A stretch of 61,650 nt of DNA, the filler included, from Choristocarpus tenellus KU-1152 (taxonomy: Eukaryota; Protista; Phaeophyceae): NCBI GenBank assembly GCA_964200185.2. It is 9 parts of 9 records of this genome, joined end to end, with 100 filler letters (N's around TTAATTAATTAA, not from the genome) between each part and the next. Parts side by side here need not be neighbours in the genome. Positions count along the whole stretch, not along the records: positions 15,522 to 27,199 come from CAXNAD020002187.1; positions 27,300 to 31,294 come from CAXNAD020016758.1; positions 31,395 to 42,226 come from CAXNAD020002685.1; 6 more parts are not named here. One strand, written 5' to 3'. A program made the position numbers and the translations under genes. Positions 24,550 to 36,660 of this stretch are shown here, piece after piece. The first letter of the stretch is position 1. The number at the start of each line of letters is the position of its first letter. Below the pieces are notes generated by a model. That model had not been told where the DNA came from. It did no database searches and saw only the letters and a list, made by a program, of their open reading frames with translations.

Positions 24550-27500
24550 TTTGTGTAGTACGAAAGTGACTGTGGGGCGAGCGCATTTGCTTAGGATTTC
24601 AGAGCAAAAGTGACCAGTTGATACATCATTGAGTAAGTCTACTTTCAGCTTACTCTCTAATGTAGCAATTCTAACCTCAAATTGTGCAAATACCATGACA
24701 TCCCTAAGGGGGATATCGCTTGAATCAGTATGGCAAATGTCTGTAGCATCCGCTGGTGGTCTAATCAAAGAGAACCTGTGTCATCTAGAAACCATTGTTT
24801 TGCTATTGTCAAAATGTGTCACAATCCGTGATGAGACCAATCATTTGGAAACTTGAGAGGCAAATGTGAATCAATTGTGGAGAGCTGCAAGAAATGCCAA
24901 ACTCGCATCATATAATACATACATAAATATTTATAAATAAGTAGAACAACTGAAGATGAAGAATACACACCTTCCCTTTCTGACTGACCTTGTTTCGAGA
25001 TCAAGTGCAAAGATAAGAAGGACGGGCAGTGAGTGAGAGTCTGACACGCTTCACATTCTCACCACCACATTCACACTGATCTCTCTCTATGCAACAAATA
25101 AATAAAATAGACGAAACCTTGGATGCTTTCAGGGTGATGTTCTCCATTCACCAGCACACTTTACTGCGTCCAATCACACTAGACATTTGTCAGGATGAAA
25201 ATAACACAAATAGGCACTCCTGCCCTAACCCTAACCCTTATTATTGAACTCTCGATATGACTAAACAGCTTATTGTCATTGTGTGGCACCCTGCGGTTTG
25301 GGGCCCTGGTCATGAGGGGGACATCCACCACCACACCAGCATCATGCAGAGTGTAAAGCCAACACGGACAGGACTACGGAAGATGGCCTCTTCTGTGGTC
25401 GTGTATAGGACCTAACAACACTCTGCATGGTAAAGGAAACTGGCTCAAGGGGGAGAAAAACTACAAGGATAGCTGGAGGAAAACAGAGCAAGGGTCATTC
25501 TCACATGATTTTATCATTGCACAGGTGTTGCACATACCTGTGTGTCTTTTCCCATCAAATGAAGGTATTACGTACTTGTAGCACTATTTGATGTAGACCT
25601 ACCTCTAGTGGACCAGTTCATCAATGACCTTTGAGGTTCAACACAATTTCAAATACGCATTGCTGGTTGAAGTGAGTCCAACTCCCTCACACACAGACAT
25701 CATTCACCATCCAAGTGATTACATGCTACTAAGAACAAGACAGAATCAACAGAAAAAATATTTTTCTCACTTTGGGGTTTGTCCCATCACTGCCGCTGAG
25801 GATATTTGTAGACAGCTAACCGTCCACTTCATATTGTTGTAGAAGAATCAAGATGACACAGAAATCGTAATTGTTGCTCAGCCTATCACCAACACAATAC
25901 AACACAACAATAAATGAGAGGGCAGACAGTGTAGCAAGCAAACAGCACCAGCTCATCATTACTCTTTAACAGCAACAACTCTTCTGTCTATAGCTATTAC
26001 AGTGAATACTACATGTATCTGGGAATTGTATTACATTATCTGTAGGATTCATCGATTGATTAATTCATCATGCTAGTGTATAATAACAAAAGTAGGAATT
26101 GAGAAACCAAACAACCTGCACAAAAGCACTGTATCACATAACAAGCAACTAAACACATTTATTTCCACCCAATTTGCTCAAAATGCAACACAGTACGCCG
26201 TACACACAATCCACACACACAAAGCGTTTAATGTCAAGATTCAGAGTTTTCCTTGTGGCAAAGAAGAAAGCGCCAGAACTGACCAGTTGCTGAGTGTTGG
26301 GTAGCACCAAAAAACGAGTACTACGTATCTTTTTCGACCTTATAGAACCACTTTGAGTACTAAAGATTCAACGCTCTTCTTCCATCACCAAGGAAGGAGA
26401 GAGTGTAGTGAGAGATAAGAAGAGTACCCTCAAGGTCAATGAGAGATAAAAAAAAGTCATTTCCAAATTAGCCAGTCAGTCTTCGTGTAATCTTGAGTAT
26501 TATACTTTGAAGTATTATACCAACTATAATATCCATAGTATATATACTTATGTCCTGTATGTTGTGTGTGCTATTTTAATAATGTTGCTACTCTGCTTGA
26601 TCTAATAATACTGCTCACAGGTAGTTCCTTCAACGACTCTGCAGCATCATTGAGAACAAGAATACAAAACATCAATACAATGGTTCGAATGCTTCTTCTG
26701 CAAGTGCTCCATTCAGTATCTCTTCCTCCCACCACATCATAGCTCTTCACTCTCTCCCACTCCTGTTTGCTCCACAAATACCTCTTCTTATCTCCCTGCC
26801 CACTCCAATCACTGCACACCACATGACAATAGTTCCTTCTAGAATGAACCATCCGGGAACTAAAATGCCTTGCATCTGGATGTAGTCTCTGTAATCATCT
26901 TCTTGCTTTTCAACAACATAAATAAAACATTCTACAGACACTAAAGTAGGAGTCTTCATTCTCAAGGAGTAAAAAATATTCAGTAGTGCCTTTCTGTTCA
27001 GTCAACACTAACTGGAGGAGGAATCCAATGCTGTGTGATGTGCAGCCAACACAAACGCCTTCCAAGTCATCACAAAAAAGGGAAGAGAGAAAATCGACAT
27101 GACAGGGGTGATGCTACCTCTGTTGCACCAACAAAACAGGGGAACACATGGACATAACCCGCACACAGTAAGACTACCTACCGCCACCAGGTGTTGCACN
27201 NNNNNNNNNNNNNNNNNNNNNNNNNNNNNNNNNNNNNNNNNNNTTAATTAATTAANNNNNNNNNNNNNNNNNNNNNNNNNNNNNNNNNNNNNNNNNNNNT
27301 GTTTTGAAAACAAGGGGGGGGGGGTTTTTATACACCCCTTTACTTTTTCATCAAAAAAGCGTTGAAATGGAAAGGGTTCCCCCCCCCCCCCCCTCCAAAT
27401 ACCACTTGAATATTATTTGTCGATATGGCCTATTCTGTGCCCCCTCCTGGTACCCTAAAATGCATTGCTATGCGTGAGAGTTAAGCTTTCATCCAGTACC

Positions 27501-28129
27501 AGACCATCCTTTATTTTTTTATCAGACCTTCACACAAGCTGGTGCTGGGTCTACTGCTGTGCCGACATGCCCTGCATGTTCACCAATCATTTGACCCACC
27601 TTGTTTCCTCTTCTTTTTTGTTTGCGGCTATTAGCCTATTTTTTGGGGGGGAGGAGGTGAGACTTTTCGTTGGAAGATAATGTTGTGTGAAGCCCAGTAA
27701 GTAGTGAGAAGCTCTATTTTTTCATGACCCTCACGGGGTAGTTAGTACCCACCCCTTGCACTCCTGTTACTTGTTGAGCCAGTATGTACCTGTTCCCTCA
27801 GATTCATTACCGAGCAGGAAGAAGTAGTGTTTATCCTGGTGCCTGTAACAGACTTCACACCGTAGACGGTTCACATGGAAGGGGCGTAAGCACTGATCAG
27901 GCGTCCTGATAGAGATGAAAGGGTGCTTTAACTCGGATGTTAACTGGTTCTTGCGATAATTACAGCAGGCGTTGTAGTCACTCGCCCGTCCACCCATGCA
28001 ATAGTATACACAGAGGGTAGAGCGTTTCAAGTGTTTGTATCGCCCATGCTCTTTGATGCCCTCACTCAAAAATCTCCCCTCCCCCCCCCCCAAACAAACA
28101 AACAAACAAACAAACAAACAAACACGCAG

Positions 28130-29598
28130 CTAGGCATTGGGGACCGTCACTTGGACAACTTGATGCTGCTTCCGGCAGGCAATCTATTTCACATTGATTT
28201 TGGCTACATCTTTGGGCGTGATCCGAAGCCCATGGCTCCACCGTTCCGACTCACTTGGGAAATGGTGGATGCGATGGGAGGTGTGGGGTCTGAACATTAC
28301 ATGCTTTTCAAGAAGTATTGCTGCCAGGTGAACGAGAGGGGTTCTCAAGATTGGGAGGTCTAGGGTTAGGGATCTGGATGTGGTGTCCTGCTACAGAACA
28401 ATGCTCTGTAGTCACCGCGTAGAGTCCAGTGGATGCCCGTTGAAGGGTAAGGGATGTTGTGTGCGGTTGGGTTTGCCCTCTCCCTACTTGGGAAGTGCAG
28501 GCCAGTGAGGGCGCAGCGGCGTATGATTGTGTTGTATCTATCTCCCTAACCCTAACCCTGGTTTAAAATAGGATACATGGATCCCACACAAACAACAGTC
28601 AAACACACTGACATTGCATGCGCCGGCGCAGTGCAAGGGTAAGGTCTTGTTTTGGTCAGTTGTTGCCACAGAGTGCTTTTATTGTTTGCTGCAGAGACCT
28701 CCATTCTTTCAAAGTTATGACAAGATTCCCGATTTCTAGCAGCCTCCACGCCCTTTCAAAGGACGTGCACACACTGCCCCTCAGGAGTGTGCCTTCACTA
28801 TGATGGTTACAGCTGGTTTAGTCTCAATCGGTCTTGGTGATAAGACACTCATCCCTCCCTCCCTCCCTCCCTCCCTCCATAGGCGTACAACTGGCTGCGG
28901 AAGAGTGGCAACCTCATCCTCAACCTCCTGAACCTGATGGTAGATGCGAACATTTCTGAACTTTCTGCCGATCCTCAAGCGGTGCTGGGAAAGGTCGAGG
29001 AGAAATTTCGACTTGATCTCACCGATGAGCAGGTATGTATGTATGTATGTATATATATGTTTGAAAAAGAAAGTCAAGGTTGATGTTCCTCTTACCTTGC
29101 ACAGAAACAAGTTGTATTTTAACAAAGCTGGTATGGGATTTGGAGTCATGATCATCTTTTGCCTTCCCTGCCCGTCCCCTGCCTGGGGGTCCCTGGCGTT
29201 GATGGTGTGATACAACCTACTTAGGTGCTAAGGCGGGAACCCTAATTTTTAACGATAAATCTTGTAGTTTACTATAAAAGAAGTTTTGTACGGTGATGAC
29301 TACTCACATGTAGCGGTTACTCTTCAAATGCACTTGTGTGTGTTCATGGTTTGTTAACTCTTTTTTTTTCCTTCTGTAAGTGTAACTGTAAGTTACTCTT
29401 CAACTGCACTTGTGTGTGTTCATGGTTTCTTTGTTGTTCTTTTTTCCCCTCTTATGTAGTAACTCCCATGTTCACGACTGTTTTGTTTTGGTGTGGCAGG
29501 CGGAGCAGTTTTTCATGTCCCTCATTGACGAGAGCTTACGGGCGTTTGCTCCAAGGGTGCTGGAGGTGATGCACCAGTTTGCTGTTGCGAGGCGATAG
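28130..29598 (+). CDS. VPS34: Phosphatidylinositol 3-kinase class III (Vps34), last three exons
   Basis: Exons 28130(or 28134)-28327, 28883-29032 and 29500-29598 (TAG stop), GT-AG introns, phase 0. [34 protein letters not shown]; [35 protein letters not shown]; [28 protein letters not shown] match the Vps34 catalytic and activation loops and C-terminus. Confidence 0.95.
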
Positions 29599-31799
29599 CA
29601 TTTTGCATGCACTATTTGCATGCAGTAGTGGACTGGCAGGGGGCCATATAACAAGACACGGTTTCATTGGCTGGCACCAGCAGAGAGCCCTAGCTAGGGG
29701 TGTAATGAGTTTAGGTGATGGAAGGGTAAATTGGATTGGAAAGATTGGACACGTTCCTTCCCTAGAAGCGATTTATCTATGCTGTTGACAGGGGTGACTG
29801 ACCTTAGGCTCAACACATGCATTAGGCAGGCCAAGAAAACGGTGTCTGTTTAGCAGCATGTACGTAAGTGGTGTGTGAAGTTCATGTCGTTTTTTTATTC
29901 CTGTGGTATGTTGCGTGGGCAAGTGGGCAGTCTAGTGTGTCTGGGTGTGGGCAGTATAGGTCATTTCTGGCTCTATTTCAGGTGTATGGTTGTATGGTGG
30001 TTGTGGTGTGTGGTTGTGTGTACATAGTGTATGTACTTTTGATTATTTAGTGTGTGCGTCATGTGTTTCCTTTGTTTTGATCAAATCATGTCCATTATAC
30101 ACAACCATCTTTCACCTGCTAACCTTTTTTCATAATATCCCTGCTGTTGTCAAGTGGGCTCTTCGGCAGTTGTCTTGTGTTGTGTGGCGATATTTTTTTG
30201 GGGGGGGCCACAGTGTTCTTGGTTGCTTGATTGAGGCATACAAGGGGGTCTTCGTTTGAACTGGTCCTGCTTCTTGGTGACAACTTGATGTTCAATACTT
30301 TTACAATGTCAGCATTGTGGATGGATGAGCAAGCAATGCTCTTCTTTCTGTATGCTCAATTTGAGACGGCTTTGTTTCAACTTGACTGTCTGCACTTAAG
30401 GGCCGTGCAAGGTCATTGTATTTGGGAAAGGGTCAAAAACACAGACATTATCGTCCCTCCTGAACCACTAGTGACTCATGATGCTGGGACCATCTACTTC
30501 GACTTTTCTTGCCTCCCTTGAACCTCCTCTTGCTCGTTAGCCTATTGCCTGGCTCACAATGTGGATTGTGCTCTTTACTAAGGGATTCAGAAGGATGGAC
30601 TCAATGAATATACTTTTATCCAGGTCGGAAATAGTATGGCAATATGATCTCAATATGTTGATTTTAGGAGTATTTCTGTCTCTTCCTTGCAGTTTCAACA
30701 TGAAATGTGCTTGTATTGTATCATTTGTGTATGATGTAGAAAATATCATAGCAGTACCTGCTTCATGTAGAAAATATCATAGCAGTACCTGCTTCAAGAA
30801 TTTGATTAATTTTAGCACTGTATGATACCCTGTAAAAAAAAACACTCTCCCAACTGACACGTTCTGGACTGAACTGTATAGCAACTAGTGCTACCGTATG
30901 GGGCTAACGTCATGTCCACACACATCCCCCACGATGAGAGTTTGCACTTTGAACTGAACCAGACACAGAATAATATGAGGACTACTACAGTCGGTAGAAC
31001 TCGGAATAGATACTCTCTTTTATGGTGCCATGAATTGTTCATTAATATTATTTGTTTGATTGAAGAGGATCGATATTATTGTTGAAAAGTCGAAGGGTAG
31101 GTTTGATTGGCAAATTTCTTGCTTGTAAATTTTAGCCCTGTGTTTGCTCTGCTGGAATGTCCTTCAAGTGCTTTTTGTACAGTACACACGTTTCGATCCA
31201 ACGACTGACTTCTTATTTTGAATAAGTTTTAGTGTGAAACAGGTGGAAACAGCTGACAGCTTCTTCGTTATGAAGGGGAGCGGGAAGACCCACANNNNNN
31301 NNNNNNNNNNNNNNNNNNNNNNNNNNNNNNNNNNNNNNTTAATTAATTAANNNNNNNNNNNNNNNNNNNNNNNNNNNNNNNNNNNNNNNNNNNNATTGTG
31401 TAGAAAGGCGGACCCGGTGTGATTGAAGGCATCTTGCTGAGGTTTTCCGTGGCACAAGGCTCAGCAACGTACTGTACTGCTGTATGGTATATGACTCAGG
31501 AAGAAAGGCACTTTTCGCGAAAAATGTTTACGCGCGCACCAACCCGCGTGAATATCTCTGGGAGTTTGTGCCAAATCGCCCGAATACGATAATTCCGGTA
31601 CAAAAGCCTATTTTTTGAGCATGTCGAAAAAAGCGGTACAAAATTCATATTTTTCGATTTGGTTCATAATTTTTGACCCAAAATAGGGGCACCTACTGTA
31701 GATAGTAAAGGAATTGACAAGGCAAAAAAATGCTGGGGACTAGTTTTTTTCATCATTACATTATTGCCCAGTCCTAAGTTCCTTCGAATTCTCCTTTGC

Positions 31800-32970
31800 C
31801 CTCTGTTGACTGCAGCCAACGATACCGAAAAGTGGGCGTGGTGGGCGCCAAGTATGCACGGACTCAAGAAGAAGGGAGACAGCCAAGGCATAATGGTATT
31901 GGGGACCATAGTTGCTGATCTCGGATTTTTCTCTGCAACCATGGAGCAGGTACAACAGGCAGAGAAAAACCGATTGGAGCAATGCACCATGTTGGCTGAG
32001 GAATCTGCCTCTTCACCAGGAAAATCCGCCAAACAGGAAAATTTCTACCCGGTCGACATGCTCTACAAGGACAAAGAGGGGACCACCTGGTCATTCAACC
32101 TCTTCAAATATAGCAAGAACAAGGAGGGCTTCTGGAACGCTCCCAAGATGCTGGATTACACGGGAGATATCATTGAGTTGGTGAAGGTTGTCTATCCCAA
32201 CCACATCGTGGTGTGCGTTTTTGACTGGTTCTTCTGTCACAATTGCCAGGAAGAAGGCGTGCTGTTGATGGCAAAGATGAACGTCGGCTTCAGAGGCTGA
32301 AGGGGTGGGGAAGACATGGCCGCGATGGATGCGGTCACGCTGAAGGAGGATACTCCACATCTCATGTGGGGACTTTAAAGCACCAGGTTTTTCAACCCGA
32401 CATTGACCTGCCATTCTACGCCCCACATCTCACCAAAGAAGACTATGTAGGGAAGCTTAAGGGGATGCGACAAATTTTGTGGGAAAGGGGCTGTTAGAAC
32501 CCGGAATGACGAAGGATGGGGGGAAGGGAGAGAAACATAACCCCAGCAAAAGTATGTTGCATGTGCTTGGAAAGCAGAGTGTCTTCAATGAGGTAGTTCC
32601 TAGTCTTCAGCTTCTTGTCGAGTGGCACGGAGGGGTACGCCTAATGCTACCAAAGTATCACTGTGACCTCAACCCCATTGAGCTCTGGTGGGGGGTCAAG
32701 CAAAGCACTGGCTACAACAGCATGGTACCTATTCTTTGGACGGACTCCAAAAAAATGTTGAGCTTGAAACCACCAGCTGAGGATAGGCAGGCTGATTGGC
32801 TCGTTCAGGAGTACTGCAAGAAGGTGTGCACGCACCATCTTGCCTACTTCAAGACAGCTGCCACTAGATCAGAAGCCAACAAGGATTACAAGAAGCACAA
32901 GTCTCATAGGCGCCAGGCACCTTCGGAATTCCTGGTGGCAGATGGAGACAAGAGTCAAATTTACATTTAG
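31800..32970 (+). pseudogene. IS630-Tc1-mariner superfamily DDE transposase relic (long-insertion type)
   Basis: KKKGDSQGIMV, KNKEGFWN, VCVFDW..CH, AKMNV, KLKGMRQILWERG, LPKYHCDLNPIELWWG, YKKHKSHRR. Spread over three frames with a stop at 32298-32300 and frameshifts. Confidence 0.8.
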
Positions 32971-33114
32971 CATTCATTCCCTGGGTAGTTCGCTTGGCTG
33001 GCGTTTTTTCCCGCCGAACCAAGTTGCTGTTGTGTTCTTCAAACTGTCGTCTTCAGCATGCGCAACACACATCGAGAGGAGTTTTGGGCCTGCCAGGAAA
33101 ACAAATCGAACTTG

Positions 33115-33420
33115 GAGTGAAAGTATCTTAGAGGGTACGAGTTTTGCCCTGTTTGTCCATTTGGGGCTTGACTTCCCTCGTTNNNNNNNNNNGCCCTGTT
33201 TGTCCATTTGGGGCTTGACTTCCGTCTTTTTTTTTTTTTACATTTTCCTACTCCGAAATATTTCGGAGTAGGTAAAATGTGTATGTTATGAAAAGGTGTT
33301 TCCGCAACAAGGATATTGACACTTCCTAGCATACATAATAGCCAAAATTACATCAAAATCGCAATGTTGTATTTTGGCCCCGAAATGGACCCGGCCCTAC
33401 CCTCTAAGATACTTTGGCTC
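33115..33420 (-). mobile_element. MITE family A (contains a 10-N assembly gap with duplicated sequence)
   Basis: TIRs present, flanks cttg/cttg (4 bp). Perfect internal palindrome cctactccgaaatatttcggagtagg. Confidence 0.88.
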
Positions 33421-33753
33421 CTTGTTCATCTCACCACTCGCTTGTACCGTGGATGCACCCTGTGCTTCCTCCTTGCGGCTTGTCACAACACGGTTCTGTC
33501 TTTTCGTTCGACGTCCCACACACTGTGTACGTCACAAATAACAAAGCTGTACGGTTAAAATAGTAAAATATACTTCAACCAAGTAATAGTACAGCAAAAC
33601 ATCCTAAACATCACGCAGTGGTATAGCTGTACCGTTGGTATACTTTAATCAATTAATAGTACATCTGCTCTTGGTGACCTACGATCCAGGATTCGAACCA
33701 CAGTACGACTACTTTTTCTCCAAAGAAAAAAATTGAAAAGAAATGAGCCCAAA

Positions 33754-33930
33754 GGGTCAAAGTATCTGGGGTGGATGGCGACTGTCCATTTGGGGCCAAA
33801 TTTTTCATGTCGCGATTTTTGGGTGATTTGGTTCCATACATTGGGTGGATAATGAAAGTGCACTTTTCCTGGTTTTGGTCCAAATGAACACTCTGGTGTA
33901 GACCCCTCCCCCCCCTAGATACTTTGGGTC
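33754..33930 (+). mobile_element. MITE family B, complete
   Basis: GGGTCAAAGTATCT...AGATACTTTGGGTC. TSD aaa/aaa. Confidence 0.9.
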
Positions 33931-36286
33931 AAACACTGGAGAGCCTTGTGACGGGCATCACGAATATTTATTTATTTTTAATCCGATGTCTACATCAATA
34001 GCTATGATGGGCAAGCCCCAGAGGCAGTAGTGTTACAGGTGAATAGCGTGGATATTTCTTCCCACACTTTAACCGGCGCAAGCAGTGTATGCACGTGTGG
34101 AACCCCAAAAGGGGGAACTCTGACTTGCTAAAAGTTGCAGAATAAAATCTTTAACCTGGGAACGCCGCAACGGTTCTCAGATGTATTCCAACGTCTGTAA
34201 ACCAAAGAAACGAAACGGCAAATGATGATAAGAGATCCTAAAACAGCTCAGATCCCAAATGGCTCAAGCACCCCCAGGACTCACTCTTAACTGATACCAA
34301 TTCTCATATTCATGCTTATTGATTCATTAAGAGTATTCCTGTTCTGCTGAGGTGACGTTCATTAACCTGTGTATTGGACCCCTTTGACTGTCGGAGTATC
34401 CTGGGAACCCTGTACGAATATCAGCATCATGTAAGAGCATGTGGATTGGAGCTACACATCCTGTCGAGAGGTAAGCTTCTGGAGCATGCTGTAACATGGA
34501 GGTCAGTTCCTTTTAGTATGATGATATTGATACGGCAACGCTGACTGCCTCCTCGGTAGACACAGGGGTTTACTGCTTTTTTAACAAATTATGCAAGTGA
34601 GAGATCCAGCATACTTAACGACTTGTGCATCAGGAGTCCTTTACCTGCATGATTGTCATCTATACACTTGCGGACTGGAGCTATACATCCTGTGGAGGTC
34701 AGCTTTAGGAACATGCTGTAACATTAGCTACTAGTACCACTATGCAAGAGTGGTGTCCTGCTAAAAGTTAGAGAGGTAGCATGCAAAGAGTATATCGGAG
34801 AGTTCTTGTTGCTAAACGTGTTGCTGTTGGTGGCCTCTCATAGGCGACTCGCCTCAAAAAGAGGGCTCTTTTATTCTTATATCGGCCCAAAATTTTGTAA
34901 TTTCAAAAGCAAGTGTGGCCCACATGTTCATGTATATGGCTTAATTATCCACTCATACATATGTATGAATGTTACTTCCACAATGAGAGAGGGTCACCCA
35001 ACCTTTTTGTTATGAACTGACTCCGGTATATTTACCAGAGGATTGAAACGTCATCTTGGAAGTAGAGGGATTTTTGGCTTATAACTCGTTTTTATTTTTC
35101 TGCAAATCGATCCAACACAAAATGTGGTGCACCTCAAGGTAGAAATTTAGGTAGTCTCTGAATGCTCATGAGACATACTACATACTAACACAGAAACATG
35201 ACTTAACATGTTTTGTCCTACCAGTGATACAAATCAAGGTACAACAAATTATTTTGCCACATTGATTTTCCTCCACGCAATCCCATTTCCCAGTACCTTA
35301 TTTACGGTCCTGTTCAATAAGCTGCTAGCTTAGACTTCGACATCTGCTCGCACTGCTATTCATTCTCCTCATTCTACTACTGCTACAACTACTACTTCTA
35401 TTACTATTAATACTACTATATTGAATGGACCCCCTCCAGAGGCGCGAAATTTTGTCTTGGTCCCAGGAAAATCAAAAGCCATGAAAGTGACTTGTGAGTA
35501 GTGACAACTTGTGATGAATGCACTATTGAAGGGTTGTGTGGTTCTCTAACCGCGGTAACACGTTCAGTCACACGCTTCTGACAAAAATTTAACGTAACAA
35601 AATAATCGAACTTCGAAGTTCAGTTCAGGGAAATAAATATTCTAGAGTTGTGAATTGGAAGGATGTTTGGTTAATAATTAATTCAACTAGAAAAATTTCA
35701 ACCAACTACATTGAATTGATAGCTCATGAGGAAAAAAACTATCCGACCTAAATGTCATCTGCGAGTTGCTACTACCATGCTCCTCTATTTTAGAGCTGCG
35801 CTCGATGATGGTGTCTCCTTCTCAAGTTGTTCACATGTGCCCCTGTGTCCGTTTTGCCTGTTAGTGCGTCCAAAGGGCCAGGCAAAAATGTCTTAGTACT
35901 CCCTCAGACTAGGCCCTTGCCAAGTCCACCACCAGTTCATCTGTTCTTGCCATACACAGCTCAGGGCTGGAACCCCTATCCCCTCCCCTCGTAAATCGGA
36001 ATTTTCATGCACCTTGTAGTCCACAAACACACGATGCAATGCCTGCCAATCCCTTAACTCTTGTGTACGCTCAGTCACGGGGGTTGATCCATCCCGCCCG
36101 TGCAATTTCACTTTAACACCTAAGAGCACACCAATAAAAGTACAAAATATCCTTTCCATACCCAACCGAAACATAACGCAAAGAAATGAACACCCCAACA
36201 GGACCCATCTAACGAAGACAACATAACAGCCAGAAAATGAAAAGACTAGAACATAAAAATATAAACAATATGAAATCTACAAGATC

Positions 36287-36660
36287 TCTTTTGACCCTCG
36301 TAGTTATAACCTAAACACCTTCGTGGTGGAAAGTTTTGGGCGCCTCGGTAAGCAAGTGGAAATTTTTCTGAATGGGTTTGCTACACACATGGCTAGGGGG
36401 AGAGGAGCAGGAGGCTACAGCAGGAAGGGGGCTATCAAATCCCATCTACGACAGACAGTGTCTGTCACAACAGAAGTAGCTCTATCTGGACGTCTTACGC
36501 GTTTTAAGCTCGAGACACCAGGGATATGGGCAAGGAGGAGCTTGTTAGATTCTTGGGATGCTTCCCTAGTTCCTCACCCTGGGGTGCAGGACTAAGCTAA
36601 GTTGGAGGCACAGGAGGGCAATGGAGTGGCATAGTCGGTAGTAAAATAGTAAATAGGTGA
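36287..36660 (+). mobile_element. 3' end of the same RLE non-LTR retrotransposon family (5'-truncated copy)
   Basis: SFDPRSYNLNTFVVESFGRLGKQ..LRQTVSV. Overlaps the 15086 fragment at tttga(t/c)cctc(a/g)tagttataacct. Stop at 36595, followed by a short A-rich GTAAAATA-like tail. Confidence 0.7.

Noticed and set aside
27526-27580. Possible garbled upstream Vps34 exon (TFT..AG.. resembling TFxKSCAGYC)
   Set aside because: Needs several indels and lies near a low-complexity contig start; cannot be supported without reads.
5433-28560. Interstitial (CCCTAA)2-3 telomere-like motifs at about 5433, 21933, 25223 and 28546
   Set aside because: Too short to call. Within family A a similar string can arise by drift of cctactccgaaa (for example 51866).
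33145-33222. Internal duplication within the A copy around a 10-N gap
   Set aside because: The same sequence on both sides of a scaffolding gap most likely reflects overlapping contig ends.
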